Shown here: one piece after another, positions 1 to 7,649 of the stretch
Layout of the letters: each line of letters opens with the position of its first letter
Numbering within the stretch: the first letter of the stretch is position 1
Assembly (NCBI GenBank): GCA_039208735.1
Contig: JBCCQY010000210.1
Span: forward strand, 1 to 13,093
Length of the DNA: 13,093 bases
Source: Myxococcota bacterium
Lineage (GTDB): Bacteria; Myxococcota_A; UBA796; GCA-2862545
Direction of reading: 5' to 3'
Made by a program: the position numbers and the translations under genes
The notes under the pieces: generated by a model
Told to the model about the DNA's origin: nothing
Databases searched by the model: none
Seen by the model: only the letters and a program-made list of their open reading frames with translations

Positions 1-653
1 ATCGTGGCGAGAAACGCGGACTTTGCCTCGCTTGCCTTGAGCGCCTGAGCCTCGGCGGCTTGGGCTTCGAGAGCCCGTACCTGGGCTTCGGACTGCACCT
101 GGGACAGCACCTGCACCACGCTACCCGCGAGCATCGATGAAATGGCCACCGAGGTGATCGAGGCGCCGATCATCAAGCCGTGCAACGAGGACTCGCGGAT
201 CTCGAGGTCGATCGTAAACAACGCATTGAGCGGGCCTGCGAGGGCGAGGATGGCGAGGTGGAGCACGATCATGAGCAGTGCGCCAGGCGTTCGCAGCCAC
301 AACACGCTGGCGATGACCCCAGGTACGAAGAACAGGCCGGTGGGGCCGGGGAGCGTACCGACGAAGCTCACCGTTGCCGTGGCGATGACCAGCCAGGTGG
401 CGAGCACGAACCAGGCCGCGAGCTGTTGGCGCTCCGCCCGCACGAGAATGATGGCCAGACCGCTGGACATCAGGAACAGCAGTGGCAGGACGACGAGTGG
501 CGCCGGGCCGATGATGAGCTGGATGGGGACCATCGCGAGGGCCAGGGCGCCCGCAAAGAGCAGTCCCTGCATCATCATTCGCGAACGCACGCCCGCAAAG
601 TCACGAATGCGGGTGGCGTCCCATCGGTACAAGGATGCGAGTTCTTCTAGCAT
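1..653 (-). CDS. Membrane-bound sensor histidine kinase, N-terminal part (runs off the window at the start of the HisKA H-box)
   Basis: Manual minus-strand translation from ATG at 653 (upstream GAGAGG SD-like) is open to position 1: MLEELASLYRW..., about six hydrophobic segments, a Q/E/A-rich helical linker, then ...EAQALKASEAKSAFLAT[M. This matches the 'A..AKS.FLA.MSHE(L/I)RTP' lead-in of HisKA domains. Not in the ORF track because there is no stop in the window. Confidence 0.88.
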   Translation of the reverse strand, partial: MLEELASLYRWDATRIRDFAGVRSRMMMQGLLFAGALALAMVPIQLIIGPAPLVVLPLLFLMSSGLAIILVRAERQQLAAWFVLATWLVIATATVSFVGTLPGPTGLFFVPGVIASVLWLRTPGALLMIVLHLAILALAGPLNALFTIDLEIRESSLHGLMIGASITSVAISSMLAGSVVQVLSQVQSEAQVRALEAQAAEAQALKASEAKSAFLAT

Positions 654-872
654 TCCGCCTCTCGGCGCAGACTACCGCATCAACTGCCCCACGGGAGGGG
701 TCTCGGATGGCCATTGTGTCATTGTTGGCAAAAGGGATGTCCGTACCCGGCCATCTCTTGGCTTCCGACCGCCGCCCATCACGCTCCGTGCGATCTTTTG
801 CGCCATGTTATCCAGAGCCATTCTCGGTGCACCGACGGCAAGCCCAGAGTGGGAGCTGTCCAGGGAGAGTTG
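654..872. promoter_or_regulatory. Divergent intergenic/promoter region between the histidine kinase and korA
   Basis: 219-nt non-coding gap between head-to-head starts; contains the 12-bp palindrome TCGGTGCACCGA (824-835). No clear -35/-10 assigned. Confidence 0.5.
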
Positions 873-2705
873 ATGGCAACAGCATCCCCCCAGAAGGTCG
901 AACGGGTCGTCATCCGCTTCGCGGGCGACTCCGGCGACGGCATGCAGCTGGTTGGCGGTCAGTTTACGCGCTCGTCAGCCATGTTCGGCAACGACGTGGC
1001 CACGTTGCCGGACTACCCGGCAGAAATTCGGGCTCCGGCCGGTACGCGCGAAGGGGTTTCGGGCTTTCAGATTCAGTTTGCAGGATTCGACATTCACACC
1101 CCGGGTGACGAAGTCGACGTCCTCGTGGCTATGAATCCAGCGGCCCTTGCAAAGAACATGATCGCCCTTAAAAGGGGTGGCATTCTTGTCGTCAACACGG
1201 ACAAGTTCAAAGAGCAGGACCTGCAGAAGGCGCGACTTGACACGAATCCGCTCGAGGATGGAAGTCTAAGCGAATTCCGCGTGGTGGCGGCGCCCATCAT
1301 CACGCTGGTTCGCGAGGCGGTCTCACCGTTTGGCCTCAACACGAAAGAGGCGGACCGCTGCAAGAACTTCTTTGCCTTGGGAATGATGTACTGGCTGTAC
1401 ACGCGCAAGCCCGACGTCACCATCGAGTACATCGAAAAGAAGTTTAGAACGCCCTACAAGGAAGCCAACCGGGCCGCGCTCGAAGCTGGCTACGCATTCG
1501 CCAATACGGTGGAATTGTGGCACGAGCCTTTCGAAGTCCCGAGCGCCAATTTCCCCGAAGGCGAGTATCGCAACATCACCGGCAATGCGGCCCTCGCGAT
1601 CGGGTTGGCGACCGCCGCGTCGAAAACCGGCCTCAAAGTCTTTTACGGCAGCTACCCCATCACCCCCGCCTCCGACATCCTGCATTCGCTCGCGCCCTTC
1701 AAGAACTACGGTGTGGTCACGTTCCAGGCCGAAGATGAGATTGCGGCGGTCTGTGCAGCCATCGGAGCGTCCTACGGCGGCAACCTCGGGGTGACGGGCA
1801 CTTCCGGTCCGGGGATTGCGTTGAAGAGCGAAGCGATCGGACTCGCCGTGATGACCGAATTGCCGCTCATCATCATCGACGTCCAGCGCGGCGGGCCATC
1901 GACGGGCTTGCCCACGAAGACGGAGCAGTCCGATCTGCTTCAGAACCTCTATGGCCGCAATGGTGAGGCACCCTGCGTCGTGTTGTGCGCACGGAGCCCC
2001 TCAGATTGCTTCGAGGTGGCGATCGAGGCGGCACGCATCTCCACGCAGTCCATGGTGCCAGTGGTGCTCCTTTCCGATGGCTACATCGCCAATGGAGCCG
2101 AGCCCTGGCCGCTGCCCGATCTCGAAGCCATTCCCGAGATGACGGTCCAGTTCCGCACCGACCCCGAGGGCTACGAGCCCTACATGCGCGATCCCGAAAC
2201 GCTCGCTCGTCCCTGGGTGCGGCCAGGCACTCCAGACCTTCAGCACCGCATCGGCGGGCTTGAGAAGCAGGACGGAACGGGCAACGTGTCGTACGACCCC
2301 GACAACCACATGCGCATGACCGAGCTTCGAGCCGAGAAGGTCCGTCGGGTCGCGCGCACCCTACCCCCCACCCCCGTCGAAGGAGATGACGGCGGGCTGC
2401 TCGTGCTGGGCTGGGGCTCGACGTATGGCAGCATCCGCATGGCGGTTGAGCAGTGTCGAAACCAGGGGTTGAAGGTCGGTCACGCGCACCTCCGTTACCT
2501 CAATCCGTTGCCGAATGACCTGGGGGCGATTCTCGCTCGCTACGACAAGGTCGTGGTGCCGGAGATGAACATGGGCCAGTTGCTCAAGGTGATTCGCGCC
2601 GAGTACCTGGTCGATGCCGTTGGCATCAATAAAGTCAAGGGACTTCCGTTTCTTACCCGAGAGCTCGTCGAGGGCATCCAGTTCCACGCCGCGAAGGAGT
2701 CGTAA
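873..2705 (+). CDS. korA: 2-oxoacid:ferredoxin oxidoreductase alpha subunit (gamma-alpha fused, KorA type)
   Basis: RFAGDSGDGMQL N-terminal motif, YPAEIRAP, GSYPITPAS, QAEDEIAA, QRGGPSTGLPT, GWGSTYG, PEMNMGQL. Start moved from 714 to ATG 873, which has an SD-like GGGAGAG upstream and begins MATASPQKVERVVIRF. Substrate (2-oxoglutarate vs other 2-oxoacids) cannot be determined from the sequence. Confidence 0.93.
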   Translation: MATASPQKVERVVIRFAGDSGDGMQLVGGQFTRSSAMFGNDVATLPDYPAEIRAPAGTREGVSGFQIQFAGFDIHTPGDEVDVLVAMNPAALAKNMIALKRGGILVVNTDKFKEQDLQKARLDTNPLEDGSLSEFRVVAAPIITLVREAVSPFGLNTKEADRCKNFFALGMMYWLYTRKPDVTIEYIEKKFRTPYKEANRAALEAGYAFANTVELWHEPFEVPSANFPEGEYRNITGNAALAIGLATAASKTGLKVFYGSYPITPASDILHSLAPFKNYGVVTFQAEDEIAAVCAAIGASYGGNLGVTGTSGPGIALKSEAIGLAVMTELPLIIIDVQRGGPSTGLPTKTEQSDLLQNLYGRNGEAPCVVLCARSPSDCFEVAIEAARISTQSMVPVVLLSDGYIANGAEPWPLPDLEAIPEMTVQFRTDPEGYEPYMRDPETLARPWVRPGTPDLQHRIGGLEKQDGTGNVSYDPDNHMRMTELRAEKVRRVARTLPPTPVEGDDGGLLVLGWGSTYGSIRMAVEQCRNQGLKVGHAHLRYLNPLPNDLGAILARYDKVVVPEMNMGQLLKVIRAEYLVDAVGINKVKGLPFLTRELVEGIQFHAAKES

Positions 2706-3715
2706 TGACGGCCAATCCGCCACTAAAGAAGAAGGACTTCGAAAGCGATCAGCTGGTCCGCTGGTGTCCGGGGTGTGGAGACTACGCCATCCTCGCGCAC
2801 GTCCAGGCCACGTTCGCGAAGCTCGGCATCCCCCAACATGACTACGCGGTCATTGCGGGCATCGGGTGCAGCAGCCGGTTCCCCTACTACATGGAAACCT
2901 ACGGGTTTCACACCATTCACGGCCGGGCCCCCGCCTTTGCTACGGGTCTGAAGACGACCCGTCCCGAACTGTCGGTTTGGTTGGTGACGGGCGATGGGGA
3001 TGGCCTGTCTATCGGCGGCAATCACCTCATCCACTTGTTCCGTCGCAACGTCGACATCAACGTGATGCTCTTCAACAACCGCATCTACGGACTCACGAAG
3101 GGCCAGTACAGCCCCACGTCCGAAGTCGGCAAGCGCACCAAGTCAACGCCCATGGGCAGCCTCGATACGCCGTTCAACCCGCTCCTGCTCGCGCTCGGCG
3201 CAGGGTCTACCTACGTCGCGCGTTCCGTCGATGTGTTCGCCGCGCACATGAAGGAGACCCTCGAGGACATGCCGGCCCACGCGGGCACCTCGTTTGTCGA
3301 GATCTACCAGAACTGCCTCATCTTCAACGACAAGGCGTTTGAGAACGCCACGGGGAAGGTCGAGCGCAAAGAGAACGTCATGTACCTGAAGGCTGGAGAG
3401 CCTCTGGTCTACGGCAAGGAGCACCGGTTCGGCTACGTGCTCGACGGGCTTGAACTCAAGCGCATCGAGATTACCGACGAAGCGCAAGAGGCTGGTCTGC
3501 TGAAGCACGACCCGACGAACAAGCTGCTTGCGACGATGCTGGCAAGCTTCGACCCGACGAAGGGAGACCCCGTGGTCATCGGGCTCTTCTACCGCGAAGA
3601 CCGTGTGGTGTATGACCAGCAGTTCCAAGAGCAGGCCGATGCTGCGGTGAAGAAGCTCGGTACCGGCGACCTACGGCAGCTCATCCACGCTGGCGACACC
3701 TGGACGGTCCGCTGA
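2705..3715 (+). CDS. korB: 2-oxoacid:ferredoxin oxidoreductase beta subunit (TPP-binding)
   Basis: WCPGCGD, GIGCSS, HTIHGR, TPP motif GDGDG...NN..YGLTKGQ.SPT and QNC (Fe-S cysteines). TAATG stop/start overlap with the alpha subunit and AAGGAG SD. Confidence 0.94.
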   Translation: MTANPPLKKKDFESDQLVRWCPGCGDYAILAHVQATFAKLGIPQHDYAVIAGIGCSSRFPYYMETYGFHTIHGRAPAFATGLKTTRPELSVWLVTGDGDGLSIGGNHLIHLFRRNVDINVMLFNNRIYGLTKGQYSPTSEVGKRTKSTPMGSLDTPFNPLLLALGAGSTYVARSVDVFAAHMKETLEDMPAHAGTSFVEIYQNCLIFNDKAFENATGKVERKENVMYLKAGEPLVYGKEHRFGYVLDGLELKRIEITDEAQEAGLLKHDPTNKLLATMLASFDPTKGDPVVIGLFYREDRVVYDQQFQEQADAAVKKLGTGDLRQLIHAGDTWTVR

Positions 3716-3723
3716 CTCCGAGC

Positions 3724-4521
3724 TTGCAGCCCCTCGAGGCCCTGCCCACCGCCGTGTGTCAGCGCGTCGAAGGCGTCTTTTGCGACGTCGATGACACGCT
3801 GACCTGGCATGGGCGTCTCGTCCCTGCAGCGTTCGACGCACTGGGACGGCTCAACGATGCAGGCATCAAGGTGGTGCCCATCACGGGCCGGCCGGGGGGC
3901 TGGGTCGACCAGATCGCCCGTCTTTGGCCCGTCGATGGCGTGGTCGGCGAGAATGGTGGTCTTTGGTTCTACCTGCTCGAAGGTGCGATGCAACGGCGGT
4001 TCGCCCAGCCTGAGACCGAGCGTCGGGTCCATCGCGCTGCACTCAAGGAGCTGAAGACCGCGATCCTCGCCGAGGTGCCTGGCGCGGCCGTCGCAAGCGA
4101 CCAGAGTTACCGTGACCTCGATCTTGCCATCGATTTCTGCGAAGACGTGCCACGGCTTTCCGATGCCGAAATCGACCGCATCGTCGCGATCTTCGAAGCG
4201 GCTGGCGCGACGTGCAAAGTGAGTTCAATCCACGTTAACGGCTGGTTTGGAGCTTTCGACAAGCTCTCGGGGTGCCGCGCGTTCGTGCAAGAACGGTGGA
4301 GCCTCGACTTGGAGACCGTCAAAGAAAACTGGCTCTATGTGGGAGATTCGCCCAACGATGAACCGATGTTTCGGTGGTTCCCGCACTCGGTGGGGGTGGC
4401 CAATGTGCGGGAGTTGCTTTCACGCATGACGGCCTATCCTCGCTACGTGACGGCGGGATCGGGCGGCCATGGCTTCGCCGAACTCGTCGACCACGTGCTT
4501 CGCCAGCGGAACGAGGCTTAG
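3724..4521 (+). CDS. HAD-superfamily subfamily IIB hydrolase (phosphatase)
   Basis: Motif I DVDDTLT, motif II ITGR, GENG, motif III K (FDK), motif IV GDSPND, GVAN. TTG start 8 nt after the korB stop; start less certain. Confidence 0.88.
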   Translation: MQPLEALPTAVCQRVEGVFCDVDDTLTWHGRLVPAAFDALGRLNDAGIKVVPITGRPGGWVDQIARLWPVDGVVGENGGLWFYLLEGAMQRRFAQPETERRVHRAALKELKTAILAEVPGAAVASDQSYRDLDLAIDFCEDVPRLSDAEIDRIVAIFEAAGATCKVSSIHVNGWFGAFDKLSGCRAFVQERWSLDLETVKENWLYVGDSPNDEPMFRWFPHSVGVANVRELLSRMTAYPRYVTAGSGGHGFAELVDHVLRQRNEA

Positions 4522-6653
4522 GCGCCGGAACGTCCAGCTTGCGCCTGCCGGGCCTTCAGTTGGGCTTCCCGTCGCGCCGCAGTGCTGGCCTCTACTTCAC
4601 GTTGAAGCCGTTGTACGCCTGCTTTGGCGGATGATGCTTCGACGTTCAGCACGATTTGGCGTTGCACCTTGCTGGCGGTGCTCGCGATCTCGAGGAGTTG
4701 CGCCGTCGTAGCGGCAAGCCGTGCTTCGAGGTCAGCCTCGATCGCGAGGTCGGACTCGTGTTCGGCAAGGGCGTTCTCCAGCGAACTCAAGGCCTGGTCC
4801 GAGACCTCTTCTCCCGCCACTTTGCGTGTTTGGAGGCGGCTGAGTCGTCGCTCCAGGGTGGCAATCTCGTCTTCGGGGGCCCCCGTCCGCACCAACGCCG
4901 ACTCGAGGCGTTCGACTTCGTCCGCCAGCCCATTGGCGTTGTCCCACAGCTCCCGTGCGGTGGACCTCAGGTCGTGCTGCTCGGGCACGGACAAACCGGT
5001 TTTGTCGTCGTCGATCGTGTTCATCAGCGAAGTCAAGGCCGCTTCGGCATTCGCTCGAAGGCGCTCGGCACGCGTTGGGGGCACAACGGTGGGCGACGTT
5101 TCGGAAGCAGACTCAAAGCCTGGCTGGACCCCAACCGCATACGGAGGGGGGAGGTGACTGCCTTCCTTGAGGTTGCCCCGAAGGTCGGCCCGCCATGCCA
5201 CGGGCAAATGCACCGCGTTTGGGTCTCGTGGCCCTTGGTGGGTCGACGACCAGATGGGCAACACGATGGACACCGCGGTCATCAATCCGACCCAGAGCGG
5301 AGGCTCCAGCAGGTCCGCGCTTGCGATGAACGGCAACATGGACCAGCCGACCGCGATCGGGACCCAGAAGTAGGCCGCGAGCCAGTCGCGCGTGGTCTTT
5401 GGCTCTCCGATCACCAAGGGTTGGGCTCGGAATCCCGTGGCTCGAGCCGCTTCGGCGAGTCGGTGTGCGGTCGACGCATCCGTGCGATCGACGAGGCGGA
5501 ACTTTCGGTCAAACACCACGTTCGGAACGTCGAGGCTCCCCGGTTGCAGCCCGGCCTCTTCTGCAACCACGTTCGCGAGCGCTTCTTCGGGCGTGAGCTT
5601 GGTTTCCTCGGGCATTCCGACGATGTCTTTGAGCTTGGTGAACACAAACTCGAGCCCCCGTCCCCACTGGGTTTCGGGGGTGGTGGGAGCTCGTCCTCGC
5701 TCGTTGCGACGGCGCAGTCGGCGCCCTCGGTCCTCGTCTCGCTCGCGGATGATAATCGTGAACTCACCCGGCGGGAAGTACTGGCGTTTGATGCCATCAT
5801 CCGCGGATCGGATCGGCATGGCGACCGCTTTGGGGGCCTGCCGCTGTTCGAGGGCGTCCACGACCTCTCGAGCCCCGCCCGGGCGGTCCGAGGGCTCAGG
5901 CGCAAGCAGGGCTTCGATCGTGGCGGCAAGGTCCTCGGGAAAGCCGGGACGGTGCAGGTGGATCGGGTCGACGCCATCCATTTGCTTTCGGAGGGCGGCC
6001 ATGGGATCTCGGCCGTCGAAGGCCGGTCGACCGGTCGCGGCGAGGTACAACGCCGCGCCGAGGCCATACAGGTCGGAGCGCGGGTCGGAGCGTTCGCCTG
6101 CGTAGACCTCGGGGGCTGCGTACCCTGCCGTTCCGAGCATCGTGGTGGACCGGGTTCCGCCGTGGCGCAAGCGCGCGAGCCCAAAGTCGGTCAGCGCGCA
6201 GTCATCGCCGCCCGGCGAGACCAGCACATTGCTCGCGGTGACGTCCCGATGGAGCACCCCGGCTCGATGGGCCGCCGCGAGGGCTCCGGCAATGCGAAGA
6301 CCGATCTGGCGAACCTCATCAACCGGCAGGGCCCCGATCTCGCTCACCCGCTCTTCTAGTGTATGGCCGGGGTGGTACGGCATGGAAAGCCCCACCCGGC
6401 CTTCCAACTCGTGGACGTCGTGGGGCACCAAGGCCGCATCGTGCCGTAGCAAGCTTGCAGACTGGACTTCACGATGGAGTCGCCGGCGCGTGCTTGCATC
6501 GGCGCTGAGGTGTTCATGCACCACCTTCAGGGCGACCCTCTGGCTTCGCAGTCGGTCCTGCGCCAGGTAGACCGTGGCCGTGCCGCCACGTCCCAACACC
6601 CCAAGGATCTCGAACCGGTCGCCGAGTACCGCTCCGGTGTCGAACCCTGCCAA
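4518..6653 (-). CDS. Hanks-type (eukaryote-like) protein kinase with two TM helices and a C-terminal coiled coil
   Basis: Residues ~14-268: GRGGTATVY, VALK, HRDVTASN, DFGLAR, GTAGYAAPE, SDLYGLG, DRP. Hydrophobic hairpin at ~424-468; helical heptad-rich region at ~528-705. TTG start with GGAGG SD 8 nt upstream. Confidence 0.92.
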   Translation of the reverse strand: MAGFDTGAVLGDRFEILGVLGRGGTATVYLAQDRLRSQRVALKVVHEHLSADASTRRRLHREVQSASLLRHDAALVPHDVHELEGRVGLSMPYHPGHTLEERVSEIGALPVDEVRQIGLRIAGALAAAHRAGVLHRDVTASNVLVSPGGDDCALTDFGLARLRHGGTRSTTMLGTAGYAAPEVYAGERSDPRSDLYGLGAALYLAATGRPAFDGRDPMAALRKQMDGVDPIHLHRPGFPEDLAATIEALLAPEPSDRPGGAREVVDALEQRQAPKAVAMPIRSADDGIKRQYFPPGEFTIIIRERDEDRGRRLRRRNERGRAPTTPETQWGRGLEFVFTKLKDIVGMPEETKLTPEEALANVVAEEAGLQPGSLDVPNVVFDRKFRLVDRTDASTAHRLAEAARATGFRAQPLVIGEPKTTRDWLAAYFWVPIAVGWSMLPFIASADLLEPPLWVGLMTAVSIVLPIWSSTHQGPRDPNAVHLPVAWRADLRGNLKEGSHLPPPYAVGVQPGFESASETSPTVVPPTRAERLRANAEAALTSLMNTIDDDKTGLSVPEQHDLRSTARELWDNANGLADEVERLESALVRTGAPEDEIATLERRLSRLQTRKVAGEEVSDQALSSLENALAEHESDLAIEADLEARLAATTAQLLEIASTASKVQRQIVLNVEASSAKAGVQRLQREVEASTAARREAQLKARQAQAGRSGA

Positions 6654-6674
6654 TGCGTGCCCTCCGTTCTCCCA

Positions 6675-7649
6675 CTACCCTGACGTGGACACCGAGACCG
6701 GGTGAGGCAAGGGGTCTCCCTTCGCCCAGGCGGTCAGGCTTGCGCCTACCTCGGTCGCGACGCGGGCTCCGAGCGACCGGTCCACCCCGGATGCGTGCGG
6801 GGTCAACCATACCCCGGGCACTCGGGCGGCGTTCTCGAGCCCGGGCCAGGGTTCCTCGGGAAAGACGTCCACCGCCAGGCCACCGAGTTCCTGATCCCGG
6901 ACCGCGGCGACGGCCGCATCCACATCGAGGAGCGCGCCCCGGGCCGTGTTGACGATGACCGCGTGCGGTTGGAGTCGGCCAATGCGATTCGCCGAAAGCA
7001 AACCTCTTGACGTGTCATTCAGGCTGCAATGCAGGGTCACCGCATCGACCTGAGGCAACGCCCGATCCAAATCCACGGCCCGAACGTCCGCGGGCACGCC
7101 CACGGGATCGGTTCCCCAGACTTCGACGCCGAAGTGCCCCAGCAACTCGGCGACGCGGGAGCCGATGACGCCGAGCCCTACCACCAGAACCTTGGCGTCC
7201 GAAAGCGAAACCGGAGTCCAGCCAAGGACCTCGCCGCGCGCCCATCTTCCCGCTCGTGCGGCATCCTGTTGGGCGGGCAGCCGCCGGAGCAACCCGATGA
7301 GGGTGCCGATCGAATGTTCGACCACGGGATCGCGGCGGGCCATCGGGCACCGTCCCACCTGAATGCCTTGGGCTACGGCGGCCGCGCGGTCGATATGGTC
7401 AAACCCCGACGTCGTGGTCAACACCAGCGAACCCTCGAACCGCGCGAGCACCGAAGCATCGACCTCGACCTTCGACGTCACCACCAGGGCCCCGACGTCG
7501 GTGAGATCGGGAGGCTCAGAAGACGTCGGATAGGCCTTCCATGAAAGCCCAAGCTCCTTGGCCGTTCGCTCCTCTAGGGCCAGGTGTTCGTCGGTTTCGT
7601 AGGCGGATTGGCCCCAGCGCACCACCGAAGGCCGTTCCAACGCGCTCAT
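6675..7649 (-). CDS. D-isomer-specific 2-hydroxyacid dehydrogenase family protein (SerA/PdxB-like, no ACT domain)
   Basis: SGFDHID, Rossmann VVGLGVIG...GTDP, VTLHCSL, VNTARG, DVFPEEP, TPHASG (R/E/H catalytic set). Start placed at ATG 7649 because it forms an ATGA overlap with the upstream gene's TGA (7646-7648). Confidence 0.88.
   Translation of the reverse strand: MSALERPSVVRWGQSAYETDEHLALEERTAKELGLSWKAYPTSSEPPDLTDVGALVVTSKVEVDASVLARFEGSLVLTTTSGFDHIDRAAAVAQGIQVGRCPMARRDPVVEHSIGTLIGLLRRLPAQQDAARAGRWARGEVLGWTPVSLSDAKVLVVGLGVIGSRVAELLGHFGVEVWGTDPVGVPADVRAVDLDRALPQVDAVTLHCSLNDTSRGLLSANRIGRLQPHAVIVNTARGALLDVDAAVAAVRDQELGGLAVDVFPEEPWPGLENAARVPGVWLTPHASGVDRSLGARVATEVGASLTAWAKGDPLPHPVSVSTSG

Noticed and set aside
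738..746. TGTCCGTAC shared with the intergenic region at 8412-8420
   Set aside because: Only 9 nt and at different offsets from the start codons; compatible with chance.
808..816. TTATCCAGA, one mismatch from the DnaA box TTATCCACA
   Set aside because: Single imperfect copy, with no box cluster, AT-rich unwinding element or origin-associated genes.
714..872. 53-aa N-terminal extension of KorA given by the ORF track
   Set aside because: Recognisable family sequence begins at ATG 873, which has an SD; the extension has non-protein-like composition and covers the promoter gap.
142..873. + strand ORFs 142-873 and 180-650
   Set aside because: Shadows of the minus-strand histidine kinase; their composition is typical of antisense frames of a hydrophobic protein.
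4656..6359. 567-aa + strand ORF antisense to the kinase
   Set aside because: No recognisable motifs. Long stop-free antisense frames are expected in GC-rich coding DNA, and the minus frame carries a full kinase motif set.
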